A stretch of DNA of 64,000 nt, from the NCBI GenBank assembly GCA_951406725.2, contig OX597814.1, forward strand, positions 32,426,001 to 32,490,000, given 5' to 3'. This DNA comes from Octopus vulgaris. Taxonomy: Eukaryota. The notes under the pieces were generated by a model. It was given only the letters and a program-made list of their open reading frames with translations, was not told the DNA's origin and ran no database searches. A program made the position numbers and the translations under genes. Every line of letters begins with the position of its first letter. Position 1 is the first letter of the stretch. Shown in pieces: positions 29,100 to 44,059 of the stretch.

Positions 29100-31329
29100 C
29101 TGTGTCTGTGTTTGACTCCCACCACCGCTTGACAGCCGATGTGGGCATGTTTACCACCCCGTAATTTAGCGTTCTGATAGCGTGTGTATGTGTGTGTGAA
29201 TATATATATATATACTCAATCATATTCCTCACATACAAACCTACAGATTGATTTGAGAGTGCAAAATGATTTAATGTCTAATTCACGAAAATATTCTTGT
29301 CCAAAGCAAATAAGACATTTTGAAAAAGTTGTGAAGAAGACTCTGAGAGCCCTTTATGCAGTATTTCCTTGGCACTCTCTAATGATTTCATCCTAAATCC
29401 GTTTAGTGCTGATTTGTTTCTTCCAGAATCTTAGATCTACTTGACCTTTTCCTATTTCACATTTTGTGTTATTAAGATATTCACGAAGATGGTGAAACTG
29501 AAAATTGCTCCAGTCTACTTATGAACACTACTCTGGTTCTCTGAGAATGGGGGAATTTCTATTATAGTGAGCCTGGAAAGAGAAAGGTAATATGGAGCTG
29601 ATTTCATTGTTGTGCATTGTGGATGCCCCATAAGCAGAAGAGAATTTTTAAATAACGGTTTCTGTTCCATGTTTTCCTCAATGTAGATGGAGAGGTGTTT
29701 TATGGGGTGCATATAATAAGAATTTAAATGTTCCTAGCATTAAAGGAACTCATCAACACATCCGCTCAGAAAGCCGAAACGTTAAACTTCCATGTCTTGA
29801 GCAAGTCCTTATGATCTCTTAATCCATTCAGTATACTAGGCGAAAAGACCTACAGTTGTCTGGCTTGACATTTTAAATGCTCATGGATAAGTACTCTATG
29901 AACTGCTATCATAATCACTAGATTTGTTAATTTCAGAGGAATTTCTTTTGCATCGCATTGTATATGTATTCATGCAGTTTGATACTAACCAATTCACAAC
30001 CAACTGACAGATATTAGAAATAGATATGAGTAGGTTTACCATCCTCACGTCTTCGTGGTGGTTTTGGCTTTGATATTGAGAGGTGCACGAAGTTATTCTG
30101 AGGGACTGAAGATCGAATACACTTGGTGCTTCCATCACAGCTTGTCGATTTTCAAGGATAACATCACTGACCCCGTGGAAATATGTAGAGAAGCAAAATC
30201 TCTCCTAATCCGGTTGAAAAAACAATCGACTTCATACCAATTCACGAAACAAATATCGAGTTATTTTCGTTCTGTGAGATCAAGGTAAGGAAGAATTCTA
30301 CTTTGAAATTGGAAATGGAGTAATGTGAATGACCAGGTAACAACAGTCAATTAAAAACTTTCGTCCTTTTAATGTAATATCTTTAAACAATATAAAAATG
30401 GGTATTGAGGTTGAAACCAGTTGAAACTGGTATTTAACTGCCATTGATAACCACGGTTTGGTAAGAAAGTAAAGTGCCGTCTTATCAATATGAATTTTTT
30501 GATGAGATTCCTGTTACCACAAGTATATGAAATTCCAGTAAGATTGCTGTGTATGGAACAAAATGCTAACATTTCCCTCTCTAGAAGTTTAACAGATAGG
30601 GAAATGAATAGTGCTGCTTCAAAACTCCAACGGCGTTGAACATCATTATCAAGCTGAACCACCACATGACGCTGTATATACGGGATTTCTATTGTTCGTG
30701 CAGCCAAATCAATAGTGTTGAAACGGATAAAATGGGCGTTGAACTGTAGTGTTGAAATCCTGGAAACAAAAGCGGTAATAGGTGCACCGCAGAAAACACC
30801 GGAGACAGGATAGATCAATTTTCTGTCAGGTGAGCATAGGCATGCGAGATATTGAAGCCAAAGATATTATTTACATTGAAGAGGAAGTGCATGTTATTAA
30901 ATTGTTATGGAGCAATATGAAAATGGAGTCGATCGTGTTGAAATTCATATTGTGAGCGATGTATGTGTATCCATCCTTTCCAATATTGAATAGTGGGGCT
31001 GAAGTGATAATCTGTAGGTTATCATCAGTGTGCAAGTCAAGTATCTTTGGTGCACATTCTGATGGCAAGAACATCATCCCTTGCAAAGTATTACTGATGG
31101 CATGACCTACTTTTGTACATCCTTGCTGGAAAATTATAGCAACAATGATGTAGACCAGTCCAGTGGAGATCAACAAAATACATACTTTGTTTCGCGGGAA
31201 TTTATTTTTCTCACGTGGAGGGGGAGAAAAGTCAATTCAGGAACACATACAGATGGCAACTGGGGTACAAATGTACGAAGCCTAATATACCCATCATGAC
31301 TACTTGTCTGATGAAGTACACCAGGCACG

Positions 31330-31400
<71 letters not shown>

Positions 31401-31404
<4 letters not shown>

Positions 31405-31652
31405 TAGTTTTATTTTTATAGCGTGCTTTCACTTCACTACCGAGCGCAGCTCTGTGTGCCTTAGGTATGTGTGATTTGTGTGATTTGTTGTGATGCTCTG
31501 ATGGTTATTGTATGGAAAGTGTTCTGCGTAGGATGTGTGCAGTGCCTAGTAGTGCAATTTTCTGTATGTTATATGTGTTTGTAAGTCCTGGTGTTTTTGT
31601 TATGTATTTGTCTGAATATTTTTTATCATGCCTAATGCACCTACTATGATAT
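31401..31652 (-). mobile_element. 3' end of an R4/Dong-like (restriction-like endonuclease) non-LTR retrotransposon
   Basis: Reads IIVGALGMIK..KYITKTPGLTNTYNIQKIALLGTAHILRRTLSIQ* (one frameshift; stop at 31505-31507). A short 3' UTR with AATAAA follows, and (TAA)n flanks both sides. Confidence 0.8.
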
Positions 31653-31653
31653 A

Positions 31654-31707
<54 letters not shown>

Positions 31708-31736
31708 GTTATCGTTATCATTATCCTTATTATCAA

Positions 31737-31799
<63 letters not shown>

Positions 31800-31834
31800 C
31801 ATTATTATTATTATTGTTATCGTTATCATTATCC

Positions 31835-31883
<49 letters not shown>

Positions 31884-31928
31884 CATTGTTATTATTATTA
31901 TTGTTATTATTATTATTATCATACTGCA

Positions 31929-32164
31929 TTTTCCCAAATTGTGTTTGTTGATTGAATACCATATTTCTAGCATGCGAATGTATACTAAAAATTAATGAAT
32001 TATCTTGTTGTTTCATGTAATTCGCTCTTATTTTTCTTGTATCTATTTTTCCCAAATTGTGTTTGTTGATTGAATACCATATTTCTAGCATGCGAATGTA
32101 TACTAAAAATTAATGAATTATCTTGTTGTTTCATGTAATTCGCTCTTATTTTTCTTGTATCTAT
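31929..32164. repeat. Tandem duplication, 2 x about 118 bp
   Basis: TTTTCCCAAATTGTG...CTTGTATCTAT is repeated essentially identically. Confidence 0.9.
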
Positions 32165-32777
32165 TTTTCTTGTATCTACATTTAATCGATTTTCTGAAGA
32201 CTGGGAAATGCACACACATGCACTGACAAGCACGTGGACACATGCATATAGAAGAATATTTGCATGTACTACGCATGTGTATAGATGTATCGATGTATAA
32301 ATATATGCTATTCGTCTACTAGGATTGATTATATAGTCCCTTTGATACCACCAGGTTTATGAGGTATATATCTACGTTAAACATTCCTGTATTTGTTGTC
32401 AAAGTGACTAGAGTATCATCTCTTTATGTTTTGAGTTCGAATCCAGCTCTAGTTTACATCGCTTGTCATCCCTCAAGCGTCGATTAAGTTAGTTCTTGAA
32501 ATATACTTTTACGTACTCATGGTCTTGTACCAATACAAGATTTCCTGATCATAAGTATCATACGTTCGAGCGCACTTTGGAAAAGGCTTAAGCATCACAA
32601 CGTGACACTTAAAAAATGTACGATAATTCATAGTTCTTGTTATCGTAAATCAACCTTATATTGTAATTTAATGTTAAAAGCTCTAGGCAAGTGGAGTCTC
32701 TGATCTAGTTTCAATTCCATATTAGAGCCATTTCTGTTTACTTACACCTCTGATATGTTATATATAAAAAAATATAT

Positions 32778-32939
32778 GACGGAGTGGCTGTGTGGTAAGT
32801 AGCTTGCTTACCAACCACATGGTTGCGAGTTCAGTCTCACTGCGTGGCACCTTGGGCAAATGTCTTCTACTGTAACCTCGGGCCGACCAAAGATTTGTGA
32901 GTGGATTTGGTAGACGGAAACTGAAAGAAGCCCGTCGTA

Positions 32940-32994
<55 letters not shown>

Positions 32995-33192
32995 ATGTTT
33001 ATGTTTGTCCCCCCAACATCGCTTGACAACCGATGGTGGTGTGTTTACGTCATCGTAACTTAGCGGTTCAGCAAAAGAGACCGATAAAATAAGTACTAGG
33101 CTTACAAAGCAAAAGTCCTGAGGTCCATTTGCTCGACTAATGGCGGTGCTCCAGCATGGCCACAGTCAAATGACTGAAACAAGTAAAAGAAA
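32778..33192 (+). mobile_element. SINE family A copy
   Basis: Collinear with 4116-4562; internal (TA)n(TG)n. Confidence 0.85.
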
Positions 33193-33224
33193 AGAAAGAA
33201 AAAAAAGAAAGACTATCAGACTAT

Positions 33225-33605
33225 CAGTTAGCAACCCCGCCTTATTCTTCGCTCCTCCTCCCCGCTCGCCATGGTGACAACAGGCAACCTTGTCTTTTCT
33301 ATTTCAATTTGAACACTGAAAGCAACATTGCTAGATTTTGCATTCCACCACATCTCTTTCCTCGACAAAATCCTAGAACAGGCCATACCGAAAACCAATA
33401 CAGAAATATATAAAGTCGAGGTAGCGGAAAAGAAATTTGTAACCTTAGAAAGGGAGCCCATTTCAGGTCCTGTCACCTATTACCAACTGAATTTGGGACT
33501 CGAGTAAGGCAGGGTCTTCCTTCTCTGCAATGGCTGAGGTCACTATCCACAACTAAGACCCCGCCTCTCTAATTATTAAATCCCGCCTTACTGCTTCTCT
33601 CAGCC
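33225..33605. promoter_or_regulatory. Candidate cis-regulatory element (RFX X-box-like sites plus GC boxes)
   Basis: GTTAGCAACC at about 33227, CTCGCCATGGTGAC at 33265-33278 and three CCCGCC boxes. Confidence 0.3.
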
Positions 33606-34123
33606 AAATTTTCGATAAATGACACCGCTATCGTAATTCATTGCTGTTGTCTTACTTTGACACGTGTATGTTTCTCTATATATATATGTGTGTGTGCGTG
33701 TGTGTGAATGGCATAATCATTACGTGACTGTGTGCATATGTGCTTCTGCAATGCATTTGAGTGTGTTTACAATGTGTGTGATTTACGCTCTGGACGTTCT
33801 TGATTAAAACGGATTAATTCCCAACTAAATAAACTGGGATTACAGACATTCCAGCTATGACTACCCTGTCGTCTTTTTCCTTCACAAAATTTGATTTGAG
33901 ATAGATTTGGTTGCTATTCCATGCAAATTAAAAATCCACAATTCGGTACACTAGACAGCTCGCATCTCATACGTTATATATATATTTTAGAGTTTCGTTT
34001 GCTTGTAAATGCATTATGTGTATCGTACACAAATGGTCCACTTCCTCTCTCTTTCTCTCTCCCTCCCTCTCACACCCTTTCTCTCTCTCTCTCTTTCTCT
34101 CTCTCTCTCCCTCCCTCTCACAC

Positions 34124-34162
<39 letters not shown>

Positions 34163-34283
34163 ATGTTTATGTTTTGCATGTGTACAGTCTGTTGTCTACA
34201 TATATTATTAGGTCGATGCGTATGATCACACACACACTCATACACACACAAATACAACCATACACGCACGCACACACACACAA

Positions 34284-34325
<42 letters not shown>

Positions 34326-36154
34326 TCTTATACTGCAATTTCAGTATAGTTGAAAATTGTTAAATGATTTTATCGGAGTTATTCTTCTTGTTTGATATAT
34401 ATATATATATATATATATATTGCTATACTGCAATTTCTATTATATTTTCCCTAATTTCTATTAATTGATTTTATGGGAGATATTCTTCTTTGTTACTTTT
34501 CGATGTTATTCCACAAGAAGGGGATTTTGTCTTGCAGTTATAATCTTCATTAATAGACATTTGCTCAGCTGACTATATTTCAAACGAGGTTTTACATTTA
34601 CTTTAATATATAATACGTTAGCTTTAAGTATATCTTTCAAAAATATTGCTAGTATTCATCAGTATATATATATATGTATATATAAATGAATAAATAAATA
34701 CACACACACACACACACACAATGTCCGCCAACTGTGTGAATTGTGTTTTGCTGAGGAGGTTTCTCAAAAACAAAACATACTTGTCGCTTCCGCTGTTTGA
34801 CCTTTAGGTCAAATCCACAACTGTACTACCTTTTCTATATTTCTCCAAATTGCAGTTAATTGGTTTTATTGCAGTTATCTCCCTTGCTAGCTGCTCTGAG
34901 ATTTTAAAAAGCCACTAGACGAAGTTTTTCGATAACCTCAATGAATCAATATTTTTCAACTAACCGTGTTATACGTGAGCCCTATAGCATTTAAACAGAA
35001 TACGTTATATTCATACTTTCTCTAAGTCTCTGTATAGAATGTTCCAAGTAAATTATTACTTGATGTTTGTGTCATTCGTATCCTCTGTATTTGTGTATAT
35101 GTGTTTGTTTGACTTCTTGACTATTATGTTCGCTCTATGTATTTATACTTGTATGATACATACATGTGTGTGTCTGTAAGAATTAACTACCTAAATTTCA
35201 TTTATTAATGGTGCCCAGAAATAAAGGGCGTTGTCCTGCTAGGCTTAGATGATTCGCAACCATTATTTCCTTATACAATTTATTGGCACGGGGCCACAAA
35301 CTGTAGCTCAGAAAGTCAACGATATCCTAAAGTAGGTTCATTGATATATTATATCCCGGCTTCAAAGGAATAGAAATCAACGACTGATCCTGCAATAATT
35401 TGACTTCGCAAAAATAGCCGAAGATAAGGAAAATTGTAAAGCAGTAAATGATATTATGGATCCTCCGTTCATGCCAACATTAGCATTTAAGTAATTTTTT
35501 TTTCTTTTTTACTGAACTAAACCATCTGTTGGTTGAATACTCTGTCTTTACGGACAACGTGATATTCTGGCTGCATATTCTGGCGAACTTTGAATTAATA
35601 GAACAAGCCATCCGAGAGCTTCATTAACGATTCCGTTAATCCAGTTTCACTCACAAAGATTTGGTTCACATGAAGTTCTAGTGTAAACCAAAAATACTTG
35701 CTCAATATCCGTTCAGGATATCGAACCGGCAATCTTATGAACGTCAAGCGAGTTGTTTAACCAATCAGCCATATAACATACATGCATGGAACGTTACTTA
35801 TTTCCAGGGAAAAAGAATTTTATCGATTGAATTGAATGCACTGCTAGATTTCAGATGAGCAAATGAGGTCATTCACCTTGCTAATAAATAAGAGCTAAAT
35901 ACCTACCAAATCACATCTCACTAACTTAAATAAAGGTAACACACATGGGATAACATGGTCCAGAAAATCAATAAGAAAGGGATGGATACAGTTTTTGATG
36001 GGATTAATAAAGTACATATGCAAACACTCCACGGAGCAAGGAAATATATATTCTACCCAGAGGTACGTTGAATTTAGAGTCCACCACATTCATTCTGGCG
36101 AATTGTAATTTCCCCGAAATTTCTGTTTTACGCGCGCGCGCGCGCACAGATAGT

Positions 36155-36216
<62 letters not shown>

Positions 36217-36390
36217 TTACCTATCCAGTTCTGAATCCAACTCAGGACCACATGTAGGACGCTGTGTATTTTCTATTATTGGCTCAAAGGCCTCAAATTT
36301 TAGGGGAAGTGTTCTACTAGCATTTATTCCACCGACCCCGAATTAATGGAAGGCAAAGTCGCCTGGCGGAATTTGAGCGCAAAGGGTTGA

Positions 36391-36440
<50 letters not shown>

Positions 36441-36638
36441 GTCTCAAATTTTGGCACCAGGCCAGCAATTTCGGTGAAAGTTTGAGTAAATTACATCGAC
36501 CCTTCTGTTGAATTGGTATTAATATTATTGACGCCGAAAGCATGGAAGTTGAATTGGATCACACACACCGATTTTGATTCAAGATATAGAGTCAATTCAT
36601 ATCTCATTTATTTATACTATAGAAATATTAAGGCACCA

Positions 36639-36799
36639 GGCGTGGCTATGTAGTAAGTAATTTTCTTCCCAACCACGTGGTTTCGGGTTCAGTCTTACTG
36701 CAAGTCACTTTGGGTAAGTGTCTCCTGCTATAACCTCGGGCCGACCAAACCTTGTGAGTAGATTTGGAAGACGATAACTGAAAGAATCCCGTCGTTTAT

Positions 36800-36839
<40 letters not shown>

Positions 36840-37000
36840 CACCACCGCTTGACAACCGATTTCTGGTGTGTCTACGTCTCCGTATCTTACAAGTTCGGCA
36901 AAGTGACATGTGTAGAATAAGTATCTGGGTTGATAAGTTCAACTAAAATCCTCCTCAAAACGCCAGCTTGGACGCAGTCTAATGACTGAAACATGTAAAA
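36639..37000 (+). mobile_element. SINE family A copy (diverged)
   Basis: Same head, core and tail; internal (TG)n. Confidence 0.75.
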
Positions 37001-37557
37001 GACAATTATATGTATGTGTGTGTTTGTGTATGTTTTATGTGTGTTTGTGTGTTTGTCTTTGAGTGTGTGTGTGTGTGTGTGTGTATGCATGTGTATGAAA
37101 CACTAATACGCATCGTTGCTATTATGCAAAACTGTCGTAAGTCCAAAATGTTGCTTTTTCAGAAAAAGAAAAAATATCTTCGCCATTCCATAGCAAAACC
37201 ACTGTACTACACTTTGACAATTTTTGACATCTTGGCATCTGAAGCAGCTGGTGATATGATAGCTTTATCAAAAGAACCGGCTATTGCAAGCAAAAATAAG
37301 TATTGAAAGAAACGCATTTGGCCAAATTTGGACAAACGACAGTTTAACATAATAGCAACGATACATAATTGATATGGCGCAGATCAGACACTAAAGTTAA
37401 AACAATGTCGATAAATGAGATAAAGATTGAGTGAAAGATTGAAATTAGAGTAGCGATGAAGAATGGTGGAGGAGGAATTATAGGGAACAAAATGAGATGA
37501 GTGGAACAAAATGAGATGAGTTGGGAGGGATGAAGGAAGTTAAAAAGACTGACTGAT

Positions 37558-37594
<37 letters not shown>

Positions 37595-38689
37595 TTGATG
37601 CACAAGGAAACGAAAACATCAACAGCATTACGGTTATTACAAGAATGCTAACTGCAGTTGCAACAACAACATCAACAACAGCAACGTCAGCAGTAACGGC
37701 AGCTGCAAGAATAATGACGAGGAGCCTCAACGTGGGTGATCGACATGCTAGAAAGCCCTCCCAGGTTTTCCCCCTATATCATACCCTAGCCGCATTATGA
37801 GGAGTCACGTGGTGCTATGTTCGCTGCATTTAAGAAATAGGGTTCTGTGTTCCCTGTATTTGGAGATGACCGTGGCTGGAATATATTGGAGTAAACAAAA
37901 ACAACATGGTCGACAATATCATTCACAGCATCATCATCATTAACAATAACACCAACAACAAAAGTAGGAAGGACACCACTGCAAACGATGACAAACTACA
38001 ACATAAACGCTTTGATCACTACTACCACCACTACCAGTAGCAGTAACACCCCGACTTCCTACGCAACCGCTGCGCCTGGATGCGCATTCACCCATCCATC
38101 GATGCTCTCGGTGTCGGGGGTTGACCTGCTTTCTCTTCTGCGGGTCTTACGAATAGCAAAGGACCACGTTTCGGACTTCTCCCATCTTGCGAGCTCTGGG
38201 ACGAAGACCGTTCGCTCAACAGCAACAGCAACAGCAGTAGCAGTAACAATAACAACTATGACAAGACCATGAACAAGACTACTGCCACCTCCTCCAATAC
38301 CATCTTCCTTCAACAACAAATACCATCAACACAAGCCACAGTAACAGGATCTACAGCTTCATCATCACTTCCACTACCACTAAAACAACAACGTTATCAA
38401 TAACGGGAACGCCACGATCATCAGCGAGAACAAATGTCACATTATCGGCACCAATAAGGATATAAACAACGGGGAACCACATCAAAATTCGACAAAAATA
38501 CTAGTTTCAAATTCTGGCCCAAGGCCAATAATTTCGGGATGGGGGAATAGTTGATTGCATCGGCCCCAGTTCTTAACAGGTAATTATTTTACATCCCTTG
38601 AAAGAATAAAAGGCAGAATTTGAACTCCAAACTTTAAGATGAGCAAAATGCCGCTAAGCTTTTTGCCTTGCCTGATGTGCTAACGATAC

Positions 38690-38920
38690 CTATTTCTTTA
38701 CTACCTACAAGGGGCTAAATACAGAGAGGACAAACAAGGACAGACAAACGGATTAAGTCGATTATATCGACACCAGTGCGTAACTGGTACTTATTTAATC
38801 GATCCTGAAAGGATGAAAGGCAAAGTCGACCTCGGCGGAATTGAACACAGAACGTAAAGACGGACAAACTACGGCTACGCATTTCGCCCGGCGTGCTAAC
38901 GATTCTGCCAGCTCGCCAGC
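38690..38920 (-). mobile_element. SINE family B young copy, adjacent to an older related copy (38500-38690)
   Basis: High similarity to 24598-24829 and 62924-63156. Confidence 0.85.
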
Positions 38921-39133
38921 CTTAAAAAATAAAAATCAAAAAGATTTTTGAACAATTACTACGACAACGGCAACAATAAGAATACGATCAACACTATCTA
39001 GGCTACAATAAAACAATAACAATGAGAGCTGATGTCAACACATGAAACGAATATGAACAGCATGACGAAATAGTGTGAAGATCTTAAGAGAGATAAAACA
39101 CTGACATCATCATCATCAAAAGCAGCGGTGACT

Positions 39134-39164
<31 letters not shown>

Positions 39165-39497
39165 TATTAACTGTAGCAGCAACAGAGGGGGGAAGGATAA
39201 CGACCAATAAATAATTTAATTAATTAAACTAATAAGAAAGATATCAGGGCTTATCTTTAAAATTACCTGCATTTGATGGATTTAAAAAAAAAAATAATAA
39301 CACCTTCCCCTTTCTTTCTTACCATATGTATGCATGTGTATCAATACGCACACAAACGCACACACACTTATATACACGTATGTGTGTGTGTGTGTGTGTG
39401 TGGAGTGAGTAGGTGACTGAGTTTTGTGCGTGAGTTTATACACACATATATCGTATATAAACATGTGTTTATATGTCTGTGTTTGAATGTGTGTAAT

Positions 39498-39548
<51 letters not shown>

Positions 39549-39728
39549 AATATATATATATATGGGATATATATATATATACATATATAAATACGCACGT
39601 ACACACACACACATCACAATAATACATTCATGCACATACACGCATCACACAGATATCTATCTTTACTGCAGTCGTATATGTGCAAGCGTTTAAACATACG
39701 TAAACTATGCTGTACACACACACGCGCG

Positions 39729-39768
<40 letters not shown>

Positions 39769-40629
39769 GGCACATACACACATATGTACTTGCCTGGGTA
39801 GAGACCAACCAATATGGCATGCAGAATTTTTGTGGTTCAGCCAAAATTTGAATTACATGAGAATGATGAAATATTAGGATATATAGTTTTAATTCCTTGA
39901 TGTTATGTACAGACGTTTTTTTTTCTGTACGTGTGTACAGACACATGCAAACATATGCACACACACACGTGTGTGTGTGTGGTTGTGTGTGTGTATGTGT
40001 GTGTGTGTATGTTCATACATATACCTTTACGTAGTCAAGCGTAAACAGATGTGTCTATATTTTTTACGAAGATGTACTTGCATAGCAAGGGACTTGATCT
40101 GAGATCGTGTGCTGAAACAAAAACAATTACAACATGGCAGGTGTTTATAAGCCATTTAAATTTAACTTCTCGATATTTATTAGTAAACAGATGAAAATAT
40201 TGTGGCAAATAAAGTTTAAATTTTGAAGTGAATCTCAGGTTTTTTTTGTGTGTGTTTTAAATGGCTTATAAACACCTTCCACGCTGCGATTGTGTTTATA
40301 TATTTTTTATATAACAAAATTCGGGAGACTGGTTCAAGTACCTGTCCATTCTAAACAAAACTTTGGAATAAATTGGACTCAAACTAAAATGTTAACATCG
40401 GTCTGTTGTTTCACGTTTCACACTTTCATAGTTTACTGATCTAGAGAGACGAGAAATCAAATAGTACGTTTCATACAAAGCATATTATTTTTGATATTGA
40501 TAATCATGCAGGTAAACTCAATTGCGAAACAAACCTGTACATCTATGTGTGTGTGTGCGTGTGTGTGTCTGTATATACGTATATATATGTATAAGTACAT
40601 GTATACATATGTGTGTGTATGAGTATACA

Positions 40630-40674
<45 letters not shown>

Positions 40675-40799
40675 GGCAATTGACATATGGTGCACCTGTA
40701 CAGGTGATGTCAATTTCATGTCAATGCTCTGAAGTTACTTGAGGACCCACCATACGTTGCCCAACGACGGTAGAATCTGCTATGTGTGTATACTCTTTT

Positions 40800-41046
40800 A
40801 ATCTTTTATTTGTTTCAGTCATTTGACTACGACCATGCTGGAGCACCCGCCTTGAGACGAGTAAATCGACCCCAGGACTTATTCTACGTAAGACTAGTAC
40901 TTATTCGATCGGTCTCTGGTCGAACCGCTAGATTACGGGAATGTAAACACACCAGCATAGGTTGTCAAGCGATGTTAGGAGGACATGCAATGGGACAGAA
41001 CCCAGAACCATGTGGTTGGTCAGCAAGCTACTTACCACACAGCCAC
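40800..41046 (-). mobile_element. SINE family A copy, internally deleted
   Basis: Reverse complement of the head and 3' part; the central core and microsatellite are missing. Confidence 0.7.
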
Positions 41047-41203
41047 TCTTGAGCCTATATACCTATATATATATACATATATGTGTGTGCGTGTATATAT
41101 GCATATGTATATATGTATATATATATGTGAATATACACATAAATATATGTATATATATATATATACATATATACGAGTGTCTATGTGCGTGCGTGTGTGC
41201 ATT

Positions 41204-41245
<42 letters not shown>

Positions 41246-41281
41246 ACTATATATACGTATATATATACATATGTATATAAG

Positions 41282-41315
<34 letters not shown>

Positions 41316-41574
41316 TATATGTGTATATTCATATATATAAGTATATATATATAAAAATATATATATATATGTATACATATATATATATATATAAGTATAC
41401 ATATATGAATATAAATATGTATGTGTATATATGTATGTATATGTATATATATATGTATATACATACATATATATTTACATATATGTATATATGTGTATGT
41501 ATATATGTGTCTATATATATATATCTACATATATGTATATATAAATGTATTTGTATATATGTATATATATATGC

Positions 41575-41636
<62 letters not shown>

Positions 41637-41844
41637 AGTTAGATAGATGAGCGGTCTAGCTAGTACAATCGTTAACATGCCGGTCGAAATGTCCACGCTT
41701 CTTCCGGCTTTCCATTCTGAGTTCAAAGAACTCCGCTGAGACGGACATTGCATTTCATCGTTCTGGGGTCAATAAAATAAACAGTAATCGATCAATAGCC
41801 ACCTTACACAAACTCTCATGACTCCTTGTTCTTCGAGTAGAATA

Positions 41845-41976
<132 letters not shown>

Positions 41977-42028
41977 AATGTATATATATATATATATCCA
42001 TATATATATGTATATATATATGTTCATA

Positions 42029-42279
<251 letters not shown>

Positions 42280-42317
42280 ACTACAATAATTGTTTCTTGT
42301 CAGGAACAAAAAATATG

Positions 42318-42349
<32 letters not shown>

Positions 42350-42521
42350 TTTATCTATCTATGCCTCTACCTCTCTCTCTCTCTCTCTGTTTATATATGT
42401 ATGTGTGTATGTATGTTTATATATATATATGTATATATGCACATTTATATATGTATATATTTATACATATTCTATGTATACATATGCATAAATATAATAC
42501 AGAGACACATTAATGCATACA

Positions 42522-42907
42522 GGCGCAGAAGTCGGTGTGTTGCAAGTAGCTTACTTACCAATCACATGGCCCATGTCTCTTCTACTATATCCTAGACCCG
42601 ACCAAATCCGATCCAGTGGATTTGTTAGACAGAAACTGAAAGAAGCTCGTCGTATGTGTGTGTGTGTGTGTGTATATATATGTGTGTGTATGTGTGTGTG
42701 TGTGTTTGTGTGTGTTTATGTGTCTGTTTTTGTCCCCACCCCATCGCTTGTTGGTGGGTTTTACGTCCCCGTATCTTAACTGTTCAGCAAAAGATACCGA
42801 TATAATATGTACTAGGCTTACAAAGGCTAAGTTCTTGGGCTCGATTTCTGCGACTAAAGGCGGTGCTCTAGTATGGCCGCAGCCTAATGATTGAAACAAA
42901 TAAAAGA
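42522..42907 (+). mobile_element. SINE family A copy
   Basis: Same head, AAACTGAAAGAAGC motif, internal (TG)n and 3' end. Confidence 0.75.
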
Positions 42908-43603
42908 AAATAAGGATTTATGCATGCAAACTATCTCCTCTCATTTCTAAATACTGCAAGGAAGTCAACATTTCGGATCGTCGTTACACGTAACTTGAAA
43001 AATATAGAGTATATCTCTCTCTCTCCAACGCTTCCCGCATCTCTCCATCTCTGTCTCTTTCTGTCTCTCCCTCTCTCACTTTTTCTCTCCCCCCCATCTC
43101 TCTCTTTCTCGCCTTCTCTCTCACCGTTGCATATTTGTTTTACTCCTATGATGTAGTTTAATCTCATATTTGTGTTGGAATATTTCCTGAATAGTGCTTC
43201 ATATCGCTTGTTTGTATTTGATTTCGACTTAGCGTTTATTCTTTCTGCTTCTTCAATCAATTTCGTTTTATTTTTGTTTTTTGTTGTAATGCAGAAAATA
43301 ATTCATCCATACATATTTAAGCAGACATTAAATGCACAGTGATACACGAGTGTGTTTGTGGCTGTGTATGCGTGTGTGTGGTGTGAGTGTGAATTTGTGT
43401 ATGTGGTTTGTGTATGTTATATACACGAAGAGAAGGCGAATATGTATGTATATGTATAGACACACACACAAACATGTATGTACGTATATAACTTCGGTAG
43501 TATTCAGTTTTAATACTGAAATGTGCAGCAGAAGAAATCTATAGGTTTCAGCCAACGAATGTCTAAGTTAAAACTTAAATGATTATACTGAATGTAACAC
43601 CAT

Positions 43604-43692
<89 letters not shown>

Positions 43693-43854
43693 ATACATAC
43701 ATAGATATAACAATATATGCACATACATATACACGCATACACGCACATATACATACACAGACGCAAGAGAAAGGAAGGTCGAACATGTACAGTACACAAA
43801 CACGTGTGCACAAAGATCCCGTTCTTACTACTTGAAATACTACTACTACTACTG

Positions 43855-43885
<31 letters not shown>

Positions 43886-44059
43886 TGCCGCTGCTGCTAT
43901 TACTCTCCCTCTGCAACGATTATTTCGCCAAAAATGTTATAGTGTTATGGAAGGCAAAACTGGTACATGAATTTTTATTATCGTTAATGGTGACAAATGT
44001 TAAGACCAGAGGGCGCAGTTGCAAGGATTCCTAAGAAGTTATCCAAAAGAAGGGTTTGA

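Noticed and set aside
31653-32164. Poly-Asn ORF, or CRISPR-like repeats
   Set aside because: A (TAA)n microsatellite plus a simple tandem duplication, with no spacer architecture and a eukaryotic context.
34366-34890. Four degenerate GATTTTAT..GAGTTAT.CTTCTTG motifs
   Set aside because: Probably a decayed repeat element; too degenerate to delimit.
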